Shown here: piece after piece, positions 1-9,894 of the stretch
Layout: the number at the start of each line of letters is the position of its first letter
Numbering within the stretch: position 1 is the stretch's first letter
Origin: an uncultured Alphaproteobacteria bacterium
GTDB taxonomy: Bacteria; Pseudomonadota; Alphaproteobacteria; Rs-D84; CACZYB01
Reading direction: 5' to 3'
Length of the DNA stretch: 64,000 nucleotides
NCBI GenBank assembly: GCA_944390685.1
Contig: CALXQL010000008.1
Span: forward strand, 15,676-79,675
Translations under genes and position numbers: made by a program
The notes under the pieces: model-generated
The model's database searches: none
What the model was told of the DNA's origin: nothing
Seen by the model: only the letters and a program-made list of their open reading frames with translations

Positions 1-645
1 CGAATCCAATATAGTCATTTTGATACCACTTCCTTCAGCACCATTAAATTTTGCTATTTTCTCAAATTCTTCACAAGTACTTATATTTTTTGTATCATTT
101 TCTGCTTGGCTTAATTGATTATTTTTTATAATGTATGGTATTATTGTATATTCCATACTATTATTTTTCATATTATTTATAAATTGATTGACTTCTTCAT
201 CTTGGACTTTTACATAGGCTCTTAATACTTGCATTGTAAATTTCATCCAAATCAAATCTTCTTCAATTTGTTTATTTAAAACAGATTCATCAACTCCTAT
301 TTCTTTTAAAAGTTTTGCATAACCATCTTCTCCCAATTGTAAAGTCTTTTCCATATTTTTTTTGGCTTCTTTTAATTCAGTAGATGAAATACTAATATTA
401 TATTTCTTTGCTTCATCAATTTTGACTAAATCTTCTATCATTTCATTGATAACATTTTCTTTGATTTTTTCATCAGTCATTTTGATTTTGCTATGTTCTA
501 ATAAGGCTTTTGAAAGTTTCATTCTTTCATTTATATCATAATTTGTTATTATATTATCGTTTACAATTGCCTTTATTGATATTGTATTTGCAAAGGTAAT
601 ATTTGATATAAATAAAATCATAATACAGAATATTTTTTTTAACAT
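1..645 (-). CDS. surA: SurA-like periplasmic chaperone, N-terminal part (ORF runs off the window start)
   Basis: My translation of the minus strand from the ATG at 645 gives MLKKIFCIMILFISNITFA (signal peptide) followed by a helical SurA_N-like region. The frame is open to position 1. It lies directly downstream of lptD, as in the conserved lptD-surA arrangement. Confidence 0.65.
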   Translation of the reverse strand, partial: MLKKIFCIMILFISNITFANTISIKAIVNDNIITNYDINERMKLSKALLEHSKIKMTDEKIKENVINEMIEDLVKIDEAKKYNISISSTELKEAKKNMEKTLQLGEDGYAKLLKEIGVDESVLNKQIEEDLIWMKFTMQVLRAYVKVQDEEVNQFINNMKNNSMEYTIIPYIIKNNQLSQAENDTKNISTCEEFEKIAKFNGAEGSGIKMTILDS

Positions 646-656
646 TTAGCCCCCTT

Positions 657-2819
657 TTAACTGCTTTCTCCTACTCCAAAATTAGATGATATTGTTCCCA
701 ATGTTTTAAATGTAAATGTAAAGTATATAGATTTATCACCAATATAATCCCTATCTCGAGTAAATTCATTAACAAAATTCAAACCGAATCTGAAACAATC
801 ATTTTCATAGGCGATCCCTCCTATAATATTTATATCTCTATTTTGATATAAATCATAACGATTTCCAACAAAAGCTCTCCAATTTCTAGTCAATTGTGAT
901 GATAAATATGTATTTATTTCATCTTTTCTTACTGCTATATCATCTTCTATAAACATATTTCTTAAATATACGTAATTAACCATCAAGTTCAATGCTGGTG
1001 AACCTATAAATAAATTCACATCGTTTCTATTCACCCTATAATCATTATTTGATAATCTTGTTTTATATTGAAGATTGAAAAAACTACTTGGGGAATAAGA
1101 TACACTTGCAACTATATCCGATAAACCTTTAATATTTTTAAGTCCACTATTATCAAGATATATATTATCTGGAACATCAATATTATAATTTTGACCAATG
1201 AAAAATGATACTTTTTGATTATTATTATAGTTTTGGATAAATTGTAATCCATAATTTAATCTTGTTCCGGATTCAAAAATATCATATCCAGAAAACCTAT
1301 CCGTTGAAAAAAGATTTTCCACCTCTAATTCCATATATTTACTATCCATATTTGGAATTTCCGGTGTTGCATCTTGTTTTTTTGATGTGATTATTTGTAT
1401 TGTTGGCTGTAAAATTTCAGTGCGATTTTCATAACTTCTATATAATGGATATTTCCATATTAAATCTGCACTTATATCTCCCCTTGCTTTATTTCCGGAA
1501 TAATAATTTGTATTACCTATATCATCTTTATTTTGTATATCATCAAGTATATATAAATCACCACGACCAAATATAGAAAAGTCAAATAAGTGTCCACTAT
1601 CAGTTTTAAATGGTTGGGTATACTTTATTATTGAAGATGTTCTAAAATTTTTTTCGGTAGGTAAAAGATGATCCGTATAATCCTTCATTATATAAGCACT
1701 ATTTATATTTAAATCCCAATATCCACCTATACTATTTGGCTCTGACACTCTTCTATAATCTATCATTGGCAAAACCGTTGGTGTATAACTATCCGCCAAA
1801 TTTCTTAAATCTTGGTAAAAATAGGTGTTGGCTGTGAAATAACTTCTATTTAACGATGCTTCAACTCCAATTTGTGAAGAAAGCCATGGGTCAGAGTTGA
1901 AATCATATAATCTTAAATATGTATCATCAGATGTGCGTTCTATATTTGCAATACCTCGCCATATATCATTTATTTCAAAATAGTTTTTTGTTCCTATATA
2001 CCATCTGCTATCTTCATCATCAGTTCTGATTTTGAAAGAAAAATTTGTTTTACTTTGTAAAAAATCTTGATTAGTTCTATATTCTCCCAAAAATAATGTT
2101 CCTTTTTTTGATGTGAACATAGGTGAAATTGTCATATCATTATATGGATTTATTTTTATGAATATTGGAAATTGCCCTATATATCCCAAATTTGATGAAC
2201 TTCCAAAAGTTGGAAATAATAAGCCAGTTTTATTTTTTACATCAGGTGTATATGTTTGTAAATATGGTAAGTAAAATACTGGAAAATCAAATAAATATAA
2301 TATTGCATGATGATATGATAATGAACTATCCCTTTTATCATGTGTAATACTATTTGCCCCAATTTTCCAAGTGGGTTTTTCACCACAGCCTTCAAGCCCT
2401 TCTTTACATGCAGTATATTCAACCTTATGTAATATTGTTTTATTTTGATCAATCATTTCCGCAGTTTTAGATGACGCATAAGAATTTTCACCAAATGAAA
2501 CATTAGTTTTTCCTATGGTAGCATTTTTTTCCTTTGTATTGATTATCAAATTTTCCGTATTCATTATGCCACCAGGATTGGATACATTTATGGAACCTTT
2601 TGCTACTATTTCATTTTTATTTGTATCAAATTCCAAAGTTTTAGTTTTTAACTTTGCCTTATCATATTCAATATCCGTATAACCAATGGAGGTAAAAACA
2701 CCTGTATTTTTATTATAGATGACTTCTTCTGCTTCAAAATATGTGTCCTTACTTTCATTTGCATAAACGGAAGTAGCGAATAATGTCATAACTATTAGAG
2801 ATATTATTTTTTTAAGCAT
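657..2819 (-). CDS. lptD: LPS-assembly outer membrane protein LptD
   Basis: 720 aa with a signal peptide, an OstA-like N-terminal domain (YFEAEEVIYNKNTG..AKGSINV) and a long aromatic-rich beta-barrel region. Overlaps the upstream LptF/G permease gene. Confidence 0.9.
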   Translation of the reverse strand: MLKKIISLIVMTLFATSVYANESKDTYFEAEEVIYNKNTGVFTSIGYTDIEYDKAKLKTKTLEFDTNKNEIVAKGSINVSNPGGIMNTENLIINTKEKNATIGKTNVSFGENSYASSKTAEMIDQNKTILHKVEYTACKEGLEGCGEKPTWKIGANSITHDKRDSSLSYHHAILYLFDFPVFYLPYLQTYTPDVKNKTGLLFPTFGSSSNLGYIGQFPIFIKINPYNDMTISPMFTSKKGTLFLGEYRTNQDFLQSKTNFSFKIRTDDEDSRWYIGTKNYFEINDIWRGIANIERTSDDTYLRLYDFNSDPWLSSQIGVEASLNRSYFTANTYFYQDLRNLADSYTPTVLPMIDYRRVSEPNSIGGYWDLNINSAYIMKDYTDHLLPTEKNFRTSSIIKYTQPFKTDSGHLFDFSIFGRGDLYILDDIQNKDDIGNTNYYSGNKARGDISADLIWKYPLYRSYENRTEILQPTIQIITSKKQDATPEIPNMDSKYMELEVENLFSTDRFSGYDIFESGTRLNYGLQFIQNYNNNQKVSFFIGQNYNIDVPDNIYLDNSGLKNIKGLSDIVASVSYSPSSFFNLQYKTRLSNNDYRVNRNDVNLFIGSPALNLMVNYVYLRNMFIEDDIAVRKDEINTYLSSQLTRNWRAFVGNRYDLYQNRDINIIGGIAYENDCFRFGLNFVNEFTRDRDYIGDKSIYFTFTFKTLGTISSNFGVGESS

Positions 2820-3945
2820 TATTCTTTTTTCTTTCTTTTTTAATTTTTAATGATTTTTCCTTATAAAGCATTTTGAATAAACTATATATCAATATTATTG
2901 TAAATAAATATACAAATGGATATAGGTTCATTTTTACCCTTAATAAATTGAATAATGATATATATAAAAGTTCTATACCAATTACAGCTGCAACTGCAAA
3001 TATTGTATTTTTATTTTCACTTCTTTTATTAAGTGGCGTTCTAAATATTGCTATCAGTGCAATCAATACAAATATTATAGCATAAAGTGGTTGTATCAAT
3101 CTATTATGTAATTCAGCCAAATATTTTGGATAGGTTTGATCATTGGCATATCCCAATTCCTTTGCAAATATTAAATCAAAGTTTCCTAACTCACTTGTTT
3201 TTAAATCCCTTTTTGATGAAGTAGCGATTACCCCCAAATCCGCTGTATAGCGTTCAAAACTTCCCATAGTATATTTATCATTTAACTTTTCTTGGATGCT
3301 TCCATGTTCAAGTGTTAATGTAATATTATTTTTTGATGTGGTAACAATTCCCCTTTCCGCTAAAATACTTCTTATACTTTTTGGATTTCTTTGATCATTA
3401 ATGAATATATCAGATAAAACATTATTATGTGAATTATTAACATATATTGTTAATCCTGTTGTAATTTGATTAAATTCACCTTCCTTTATTAAAAGAGCAG
3501 ATAAATCATTTCTTGAATCAAATGCAAATGTTCTATATTTCCTTGCATATAATGGTCCAATGTGTAATGTTATCAAATACAAAAACATTGTTAAAATTAT
3601 TGTTATATATATTGCCGGTTTGGATAGGCGTTTTATATTTAAACCTATTGCCTCCATTATTATAAGTTCCTTATCCGATATCATTTTATTATATACAAAT
3701 AAAATAACTGCAAATAATGAAATTGGTAAAATTATTGTTATTAGGTTTGGCAATAACAATGATGTCATTTTTAAAAATGTCCACATGGATAAATTATTAT
3801 TCACAAGGTAAGATAATAATCTTATTATTTGTGAAAACCATGCAATACCCAATAATATAGAAGATACAATTAACAATCCAAATAATATTTGTTTTGAAAT
3901 ATATTTTTCTATTATATTTATATTATGTATTTTTATCTTTTTCAT
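2812..3945 (-). CDS. LptF/LptG family LPS export permease
   Basis: 377 aa polytopic protein with the YjgP/YjgQ-like layout (three N-terminal TM segments, a periplasmic insert, three C-terminal TM segments). Overlaps lptD by 8 nt. Confidence 0.85.
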   Translation of the reverse strand: MKKIKIHNINIIEKYISKQILFGLLIVSSILLGIAWFSQIIRLLSYLVNNNLSMWTFLKMTSLLLPNLITIILPISLFAVILFVYNKMISDKELIIMEAIGLNIKRLSKPAIYITIILTMFLYLITLHIGPLYARKYRTFAFDSRNDLSALLIKEGEFNQITTGLTIYVNNSHNNVLSDIFINDQRNPKSIRSILAERGIVTTSKNNITLTLEHGSIQEKLNDKYTMGSFERYTADLGVIATSSKRDLKTSELGNFDLIFAKELGYANDQTYPKYLAELHNRLIQPLYAIIFVLIALIAIFRTPLNKRSENKNTIFAVAAVIGIELLYISLFNLLRVKMNLYPFVYLFTIILIYSLFKMLYKEKSLKIKKERKKNNA

Positions 3946-4092
3946 AACTTTTAATTTTAATATTCTTTTTTTATTTTTTAAAGCATTTTTTATATTATAT
4001 ATTTTTATTTATTTTTTTTTAAATTTTACTTGATATATTTTAAAATAAATTGTAAAACAAAAAACGGAGAAGGATGAAAGGGCTTTAAAGGA

Positions 4093-5655
4093 ATGCAAAA
4101 GAGGTTTTATTTATTTTTGATGTTCATTTCTTGCATCAGTGGTAATGCCTCTGCCCTTGAATCAAGGAGGTCTTGGGGTACTTCTTCTAAAAAAGTGCCC
4201 CTTGATTTATCTCTTGCTCCTAATGTCGCATCTATCAATGATATGGTTGTTTTAGCTCCTAATGTCGCATTCGTCCCTTCAAAAGACAATATCATTGAAT
4301 ATAATTCTTTACCAGATGATGAACAAAATTCAAATCAAAGTAATGATGTTGATGTGGCTATGAATTCCAATAATACTGATACTAAAAAATCTTTTAATGA
4401 TAAAGAAAAAGTTGAGGATAAAAAACAAGCTGATAATTTGAAAACTTCTATTCCTACTCTTCGCCCTGATGAAGTTAGTAAAAATGTCGCATCTGTTAAT
4501 AGGCAACTTGATCTTGTAAAGAAAAAACTTCCTAAAAATAATAGCAATATTGTTAAAAAGGATAATGCCTTTCCTGATATAAATCCAAAGGAAGGTGAAG
4601 AAGTTTTAGTGTCCGTTTCCAAAACTTTGGAAGAAAATATAAAACAAAAAAATAATGAAGCTTTAACTAAACAAGAAATTGCTAAATCTATTATGCCTGA
4701 GGCTTTCAATCCAGATGATTATTTTGAAGAAGAAAATAATGATGCTGTTAATTCTTCTAATGATAATCCTTTTGGTGTAGAAGTAAAAAATTTAGCTTCA
4801 AATGATGTAAAAATAAATTCTTCCACTAATAAAAAACCTGATATTTCATTTGGGCAATCAAATAATCCTTTTGTAAAGGCTTTTTCCGCCATAAGACCTG
4901 AAAAACCTCAAAATAACATTGCTCAAAATAATAAGAAAAAAGATGAAAAGGTTATTGCTCAGGTATCATCTAAAAATTTAAAGCAAGATTTATATCATAC
5001 TTATCTTTCCGATAATCAATATTTATCACCTGTTGAATATTATAATGATACTGCAGAATTTTTACAAGATGAAGCAGAAGAACAATTCTTTGAAGATGCA
5101 GTACAAACTCAAGAACAATTTGCAGAAGATGAAGATTTTAAATATGATAAAAATGTAGGAGATGCTTTGGAAGGTGATGTTGGACCTGTTAATGTAAATA
5201 AAATTAGGGAAAAATTAACTAAAACAAAAAAATCTGTTGATTTACCTTCCGGTCCATTGAAAGTAGGTAATAGAGAAGTATTACAAATGAAATTGGAATT
5301 TGAACCTAATAGTAGTGCCATAAGTGGTGAAAGTGTAAATATTATTCGTTCTTTTGCTCAAATCGCGACTGATCAACCTACAAATTCAATTCAAATTGCT
5401 ATTTCTCAAAATGTCATGAATGATACAAAAGCTAAAAAACTTGCTGCTCGTAGACTTGCCATTGTTAGCAATGTTTTAAGAAATGCTGGTATCGCTGATA
5501 AGCAAATAAATCCTGTACTTACAAATAGAGATATTGATTCTTTTTCTTTTAGAGTTATTAACAATGATAATTTTGAAAAATTAAGAATATCAAAGGGTAA
5601 GGATATGTTCGGTGAAGATGAAAATGTTCAAGAATATAATTTAATGCGTTGGTAA
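4093..5655 (+). CDS. Secreted acidic, Asn/Lys-rich protein with a degenerate OmpA/MotB-like C-terminal region
   Basis: Sec signal peptide (..GNASA/LE), a long low-complexity acidic middle region and a LAPNVAS/LAPNVAF repeat. The C-terminus (LEFEPNSSAISGESVN..KKLAARRLAIVSNVLRNAGI) resembles the OmpA-like fold but lacks its usual conserved motifs. Confidence 0.6.
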   Translation: MQKRFYLFLMFISCISGNASALESRRSWGTSSKKVPLDLSLAPNVASINDMVVLAPNVAFVPSKDNIIEYNSLPDDEQNSNQSNDVDVAMNSNNTDTKKSFNDKEKVEDKKQADNLKTSIPTLRPDEVSKNVASVNRQLDLVKKKLPKNNSNIVKKDNAFPDINPKEGEEVLVSVSKTLEENIKQKNNEALTKQEIAKSIMPEAFNPDDYFEEENNDAVNSSNDNPFGVEVKNLASNDVKINSSTNKKPDISFGQSNNPFVKAFSAIRPEKPQNNIAQNNKKKDEKVIAQVSSKNLKQDLYHTYLSDNQYLSPVEYYNDTAEFLQDEAEEQFFEDAVQTQEQFAEDEDFKYDKNVGDALEGDVGPVNVNKIREKLTKTKKSVDLPSGPLKVGNREVLQMKLEFEPNSSAISGESVNIIRSFAQIATDQPTNSIQIAISQNVMNDTKAKKLAARRLAIVSNVLRNAGIADKQINPVLTNRDIDSFSFRVINNDNFEKLRISKGKDMFGEDENVQEYNLMRW

Positions 5656-6386
5656 TTGTGAAGTCTTTATTATCTAAAATTGTGAATTTTATATTCCCTC
5701 CTCAATGTATTATTTGTAAATCTATTATTGATAATGAAGATGGACTTTGTCCCGTATGTATCAATGATATAAATTTCATCACGGATCCAAAATGTGAATA
5801 TTGTGGTTATCCATTTGAATTTAAAACTGATAATAAATTTTCTGTTAAACTTTCTATTTGTGCAAAATGTCTCAATAATAAGGCAAAATTTGATAGAGCT
5901 TTAAGCGTTGTTCATTATAATGATGCATCAAAGAAAATAATTCTTCCTTTCAAACATGCTGATAAAACTAATTATGCTAAAATCATGGGAAATATGATGG
6001 CTAATACAATTGCTCCGTTTGTAGCAAAAATGGATTTCATCATTCCTGTTCCTATACATATTAAACGTATGATAAAAAGAAAGTATAATCAATCTGCTTT
6101 GTTGGCTTCTCATATTTCAAAAAGACTTGATATACCTGTTCTTTATAATGTGCTTGTTCGTTCTCATTTTAAACATTCTCAAGGAAAGCTTTCTTTTGAT
6201 GATAGAAAAGCAAATGTTTTAAATGCCTTTGATATTAAAAATCCATATAAAATAAAAGGTAAGAATATCTTACTTGTTGATGATGTAATGACTACTGGTG
6301 CAACTTTAAACGAATGTGCAAGAATACTTAAAAACTTTGGTGCTAGACGGGTTTATGTAATTACTTTTGCAAGAGTTGTAAGGTAA
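5649..6386 (+). CDS. ComF family phosphoribosyltransferase-domain protein
   Basis: N-terminal double CxxC zinc ribbon (CIICKS..CPVC, CEYCG..CAKC) and a C-terminal PRTase motif (LLVDDVMTTGATL). The start is TTG at 5649 or GTG at 5658. Confidence 0.85.
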   Translation: MVIVKSLLSKIVNFIFPPQCIICKSIIDNEDGLCPVCINDINFITDPKCEYCGYPFEFKTDNKFSVKLSICAKCLNNKAKFDRALSVVHYNDASKKIILPFKHADKTNYAKIMGNMMANTIAPFVAKMDFIIPVPIHIKRMIKRKYNQSALLASHISKRLDIPVLYNVLVRSHFKHSQGKLSFDDRKANVLNAFDIKNPYKIKGKNILLVDDVMTTGATLNECARILKNFGARRVYVITFARVVR

Positions 6387-6464
6387 TTTATATTTTCCCT
6401 TGTAAATATCTTATTTTTTATATATCATTTAGTAAATGTTAATCAAAATTTAAAAGGTTTTTTT

Positions 6465-8144
6465 ATGCAAAAAGATAGAATACTTATTACTTCTGCTCTT
6501 CCTTATGTAAATGGAATCCCTCATTTAGGACATTTGGCTGGCTGTTTGCTTCCAAGTGATGTGTTCGCTAGATTCAATCGTTTAATCGGTAATCAAGTCC
6601 TTTATATTGCTGGAACTGATGAACATGGTAGCCCTTGTGAAATTGGTGCTAAAAAAGAAAATGTTTCGGTGGAAGAATATACCTCTAAATATCATAATAT
6701 TCATAAGGATATTTATCAAAAATTTAATCTTTCCTTTGATTATTTTGGAAGAACTTCTTCAAAGGAAAATATTGAAACCACTCAATCTATTGCAAAAGAA
6801 TTATTTAATAATGGTTTTATTGAACAAAGAGAAGATGAACAAATTTTTTCAATAGATGATAATATGTTCCTTCCAGATAGATATGTTATTGGAACTTGTC
6901 CTTTTTGTGGGGCGGATAATGCAAGGGGAGATCAATGTGAAAATTGCACAAAGGTTTTGGATCCTCGTGATTTGATTAATCCTAAATCTTCCATATCTGG
7001 ATCTTCCAATCTTGAATTTCGTAAAACTAAACATCTTTATCTTTTACTTTCAAAATTAAGTGATAAGGTGAGAAGTTGGGTCGAAACTAGAAATTGGAAT
7101 AAACTTACTTTGGGTATAGCTTATAAATGGCTTGATGAAGGTTTAAAAGATAGAAGTATCACTCGTGATTTAAAATGGGGTGTGCCGGTTCCTTTGGATG
7201 TGTTTCCCGATATGAAAGATAAAGTTTTTTATGTATGGTTTGATGCGCCTATTGGTTATATTTCTATTACAAAAGAATTGTTAGGTGATGATTATCAATC
7301 TTGGTGGTTAATGGATAAGGGAGCAAGTGAGGTTCAATATTTCCAATTTATGGGTAAAGATAATGTTCCTTTTCATGCAATTACTTTCCCTGCAACTCTT
7401 TTGGGGGCAAATGAAAATTATAAAAAGGTTGATACATTAAAAGGTTTAAGTTATTTGAATTTTAATGGTGGGAAATTCTCTAAATCTGCAGGTCGTGGCA
7501 TTTTCGCTGATAAAGCGATTGAAGAATTTGATGCTGATTATTGGCGTTATTGGCTTATTAAAAATGCTCCGGAAACTGATGATACCGACTTTTCTTTTGA
7601 AAGATTCAGTGAAGAAATTAACAAAGATTTAAATGATGTTTTGGGTAATTTTATATTACGTGTACTTAAATTTTATAATTCTAAATTCTCAAATGTAATT
7701 TCTCATGACATTATAATTGGTGATAAGGAAAAGCAAATTATATCATTATTGCAACAAAAAATTCATAATTATTCTTCATTCATTAAATCATTGGAATTTA
7801 GAAAGGCTATGGCTGAATTACGTTCCATTTGGGTAATGGGTAATGAATATATTGATGAAATGGCTCCTTGGGCTATTTATAAAACTGATGTAAATAAAGC
7901 TGGGCAAATTTTAGCTTTTGCTATAAATTTAATTCGTATATTCATGATTATTTCCCAACCTATTATTCCCGATTCTTCATTGAAGGTTTTAAATGCTTTG
8001 AATACTTCAGGTGATTGGGTGTTTGATGTGGAACATGATATATCCATTATAAATAAAGGTCATAGTTTTAATGTGCCTGAGGCTATATTTACCAAAATTT
8101 CAAGTGATAGAGTTAGTGAATTAAACGAAAAGTATAATAAGTAA
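6465..8144 (+). CDS. metG: Methionine--tRNA ligase
   Basis: HIGH-type motif (PYVNGIPHLGHL), KMSKS-like motif (KFSKS) and a CxxC..CxxC zinc knuckle. 559 aa. Confidence 0.95.
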   Translation: MQKDRILITSALPYVNGIPHLGHLAGCLLPSDVFARFNRLIGNQVLYIAGTDEHGSPCEIGAKKENVSVEEYTSKYHNIHKDIYQKFNLSFDYFGRTSSKENIETTQSIAKELFNNGFIEQREDEQIFSIDDNMFLPDRYVIGTCPFCGADNARGDQCENCTKVLDPRDLINPKSSISGSSNLEFRKTKHLYLLLSKLSDKVRSWVETRNWNKLTLGIAYKWLDEGLKDRSITRDLKWGVPVPLDVFPDMKDKVFYVWFDAPIGYISITKELLGDDYQSWWLMDKGASEVQYFQFMGKDNVPFHAITFPATLLGANENYKKVDTLKGLSYLNFNGGKFSKSAGRGIFADKAIEEFDADYWRYWLIKNAPETDDTDFSFERFSEEINKDLNDVLGNFILRVLKFYNSKFSNVISHDIIIGDKEKQIISLLQQKIHNYSSFIKSLEFRKAMAELRSIWVMGNEYIDEMAPWAIYKTDVNKAGQILAFAINLIRIFMIISQPIIPDSSLKVLNALNTSGDWVFDVEHDISIINKGHSFNVPEAIFTKISSDRVSELNEKYNK

Positions 8145-9275
8145 TTATTTTATTATTTCTCTTAATATACTATCTAAAACTAACATACCTTTGTCAGTGG
8201 TTTTAATATTGTTATCATTTAATATGATAAAATCATTATCTATCATATTTTGTAATTTTTTCATATCTATGAAATTAAAAAACGAATCTCTTATAATATT
8301 TTCAAACTGAGTAATAGATATACCCTTTACTTGACGAAGACCCATTATTATTAATTCTTCGGCTCTTTCATTTTGGGTTAATTCTTCAAAATGCCAATTA
8401 TTATCATTTATTTTTTCTTTCCATTTAGAAATAGTGGACTCATTTTCATTTAGGTAAAATTTTTTATTTTTTGTAATTCTACTTGCTGATGCCACACCTA
8501 TACCTATATAATCACCACCTTCCCAATAATTTATATTATGTTGGCTTTGGTAAGATGTTTTTGCATAATTAGAAACCTCATATTGAGGAGTTGTATTTTT
8601 TAAATATTCATTTGTAAGTATATACATATCAGTCGCGATATTCTCATTTATTATGTTAACTTTACCAGCGATAACATCTTTATAAAGTTTTGTATTTTCT
8701 TCTATTATCAATTCATATAATGATAAATGTGGAAGATTCAGTTTTACTATATCCCTTAATTCATTTTCCCACATACTTAATGTTTGATTTGGTATGGCAT
8801 ATATGAAATCCGCATTGATATTATCAAAATAATTTTGTGCAAGAGATAGTGTTTGTAGTGCATCTTCTTTATCATGAATGCGGCCCAAAAATTTAAGTGA
8901 ATCATTATTGAGTGATTGGATTCCTATTGATAATCTATTTATATTATATGTTTTATAAGCTTTTAATTTATCTTTTGTTATGGTTTTTGGATTGGCTTCA
9001 ATAGTAATTTCAATATCTTTTTTTATATGCCATAATTTATTTATATGATTTAGTATACTTTCAAGCATACTAAGTGGCATAAGTGATGGTGTGCCTCCTC
9101 CAAAATATATACTAGTGATTTCATCATTTTTTGTAATTGTATTAAAGTAATCAAGCTCCTTTAAATAAAAATCCGTTAAGTTTTCCATTTCTTTATTAAG
9201 GCAAGGAAAACTTATAAAATCACAATAATGGCATTTGGATAAGCAATAGGGATAATGTATATATATGCTTGTCAT
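8145..9275 (-). CDS. hemW: Radical SAM heme chaperone HemW (HemN-like, oxygen-independent coproporphyrinogen oxidase family)
   Basis: CxxxCxxC radical SAM motif (CLSKCHYCDF), a GGGTPS motif and a HemN_C-like tail. Its stop abuts the metG stop with 0 nt between them. Confidence 0.9.
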   Translation of the reverse strand: MTSIYIHYPYCLSKCHYCDFISFPCLNKEMENLTDFYLKELDYFNTITKNDEITSIYFGGGTPSLMPLSMLESILNHINKLWHIKKDIEITIEANPKTITKDKLKAYKTYNINRLSIGIQSLNNDSLKFLGRIHDKEDALQTLSLAQNYFDNINADFIYAIPNQTLSMWENELRDIVKLNLPHLSLYELIIEENTKLYKDVIAGKVNIINENIATDMYILTNEYLKNTTPQYEVSNYAKTSYQSQHNINYWEGGDYIGIGVASASRITKNKKFYLNENESTISKWKEKINDNNWHFEELTQNERAEELIIMGLRQVKGISITQFENIIRDSFFNFIDMKKLQNMIDNDFIILNDNNIKTTDKGMLVLDSILREIIK

Positions 9276-9883
9276 TATTTGGTTTGTTCTTGTTCTTCTT
9301 CTTTCTTTAAATATTCAATAAATTTTTCAAGGGCCAATCCTCTATGACTTATTTCACATTTTTCATCATCGCTTAATTCTGCAAATGTGCGTCCCATTCC
9401 ATTTGGCACAAAGATTGGATCATAACCAAATCCATTGTCCCCTCTTTTTGGAAAATTCACAAAGCCATTACAAATACCTTCAAATATTTCCGTTGGTTTA
9501 TCTGGTCTTGCAAAAGCAATGACACATACAAAAGATGCGTCCCTATCTTTATCCTTTAATCTTTCTTCCAATATATTAAATGTATTATCGTATCCACCTT
9601 GGGCTTCGGCATAGCGGGCAGAATAAAGTCCAGGTTCATTATTCAATGCCTTAATACAAAAACCACTATCATCTGCAATTGTCGGTAATTTTGTTTTTTG
9701 TGAAATGGTTTCCGCTTTTAGTTTTGCATTTTCAATAAATGTGGTTCCTGTTTCTTCAATATCTTCATATTCTTTTTTTAAAACTTCCTTTGCAGATACA
9801 ACCTTTATATTCAAAGGTGAAAGGATTTTTTTCATTTCCAATATTTTATGTTCATTTGATGAAGCTATCACAATTTTTTTCAA
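9275..9883 (-). CDS. rdgB: Non-canonical purine NTP pyrophosphatase RdgB/HAM1
   Basis: 202 aa. Motifs SNEHK, ADDSGF and FGYDPIF are typical of the Ham1/RdgB family. Overlaps the hemW start by 1 nt. Confidence 0.9.
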   Translation of the reverse strand: MKKIVIASSNEHKILEMKKILSPLNIKVVSAKEVLKKEYEDIEETGTTFIENAKLKAETISQKTKLPTIADDSGFCIKALNNEPGLYSARYAEAQGGYDNTFNILEERLKDKDRDASFVCVIAFARPDKPTEIFEGICNGFVNFPKRGDNGFGYDPIFVPNGMGRTFAELSDDEKCEISHRGLALEKFIEYLKKEEEQEQTK

Positions 9884-9894
9884 TTTAATTCTCC

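Noticed and set aside
4056-4092. Four-codon uORF (ATGAAAGGGCTTTAA, MKGL) preceded by GGAGAAGG, just upstream of the 4093 gene
   Set aside because: It is too short and too unremarkable to call. The purine-rich stretch is more simply the RBS region of the main ORF.
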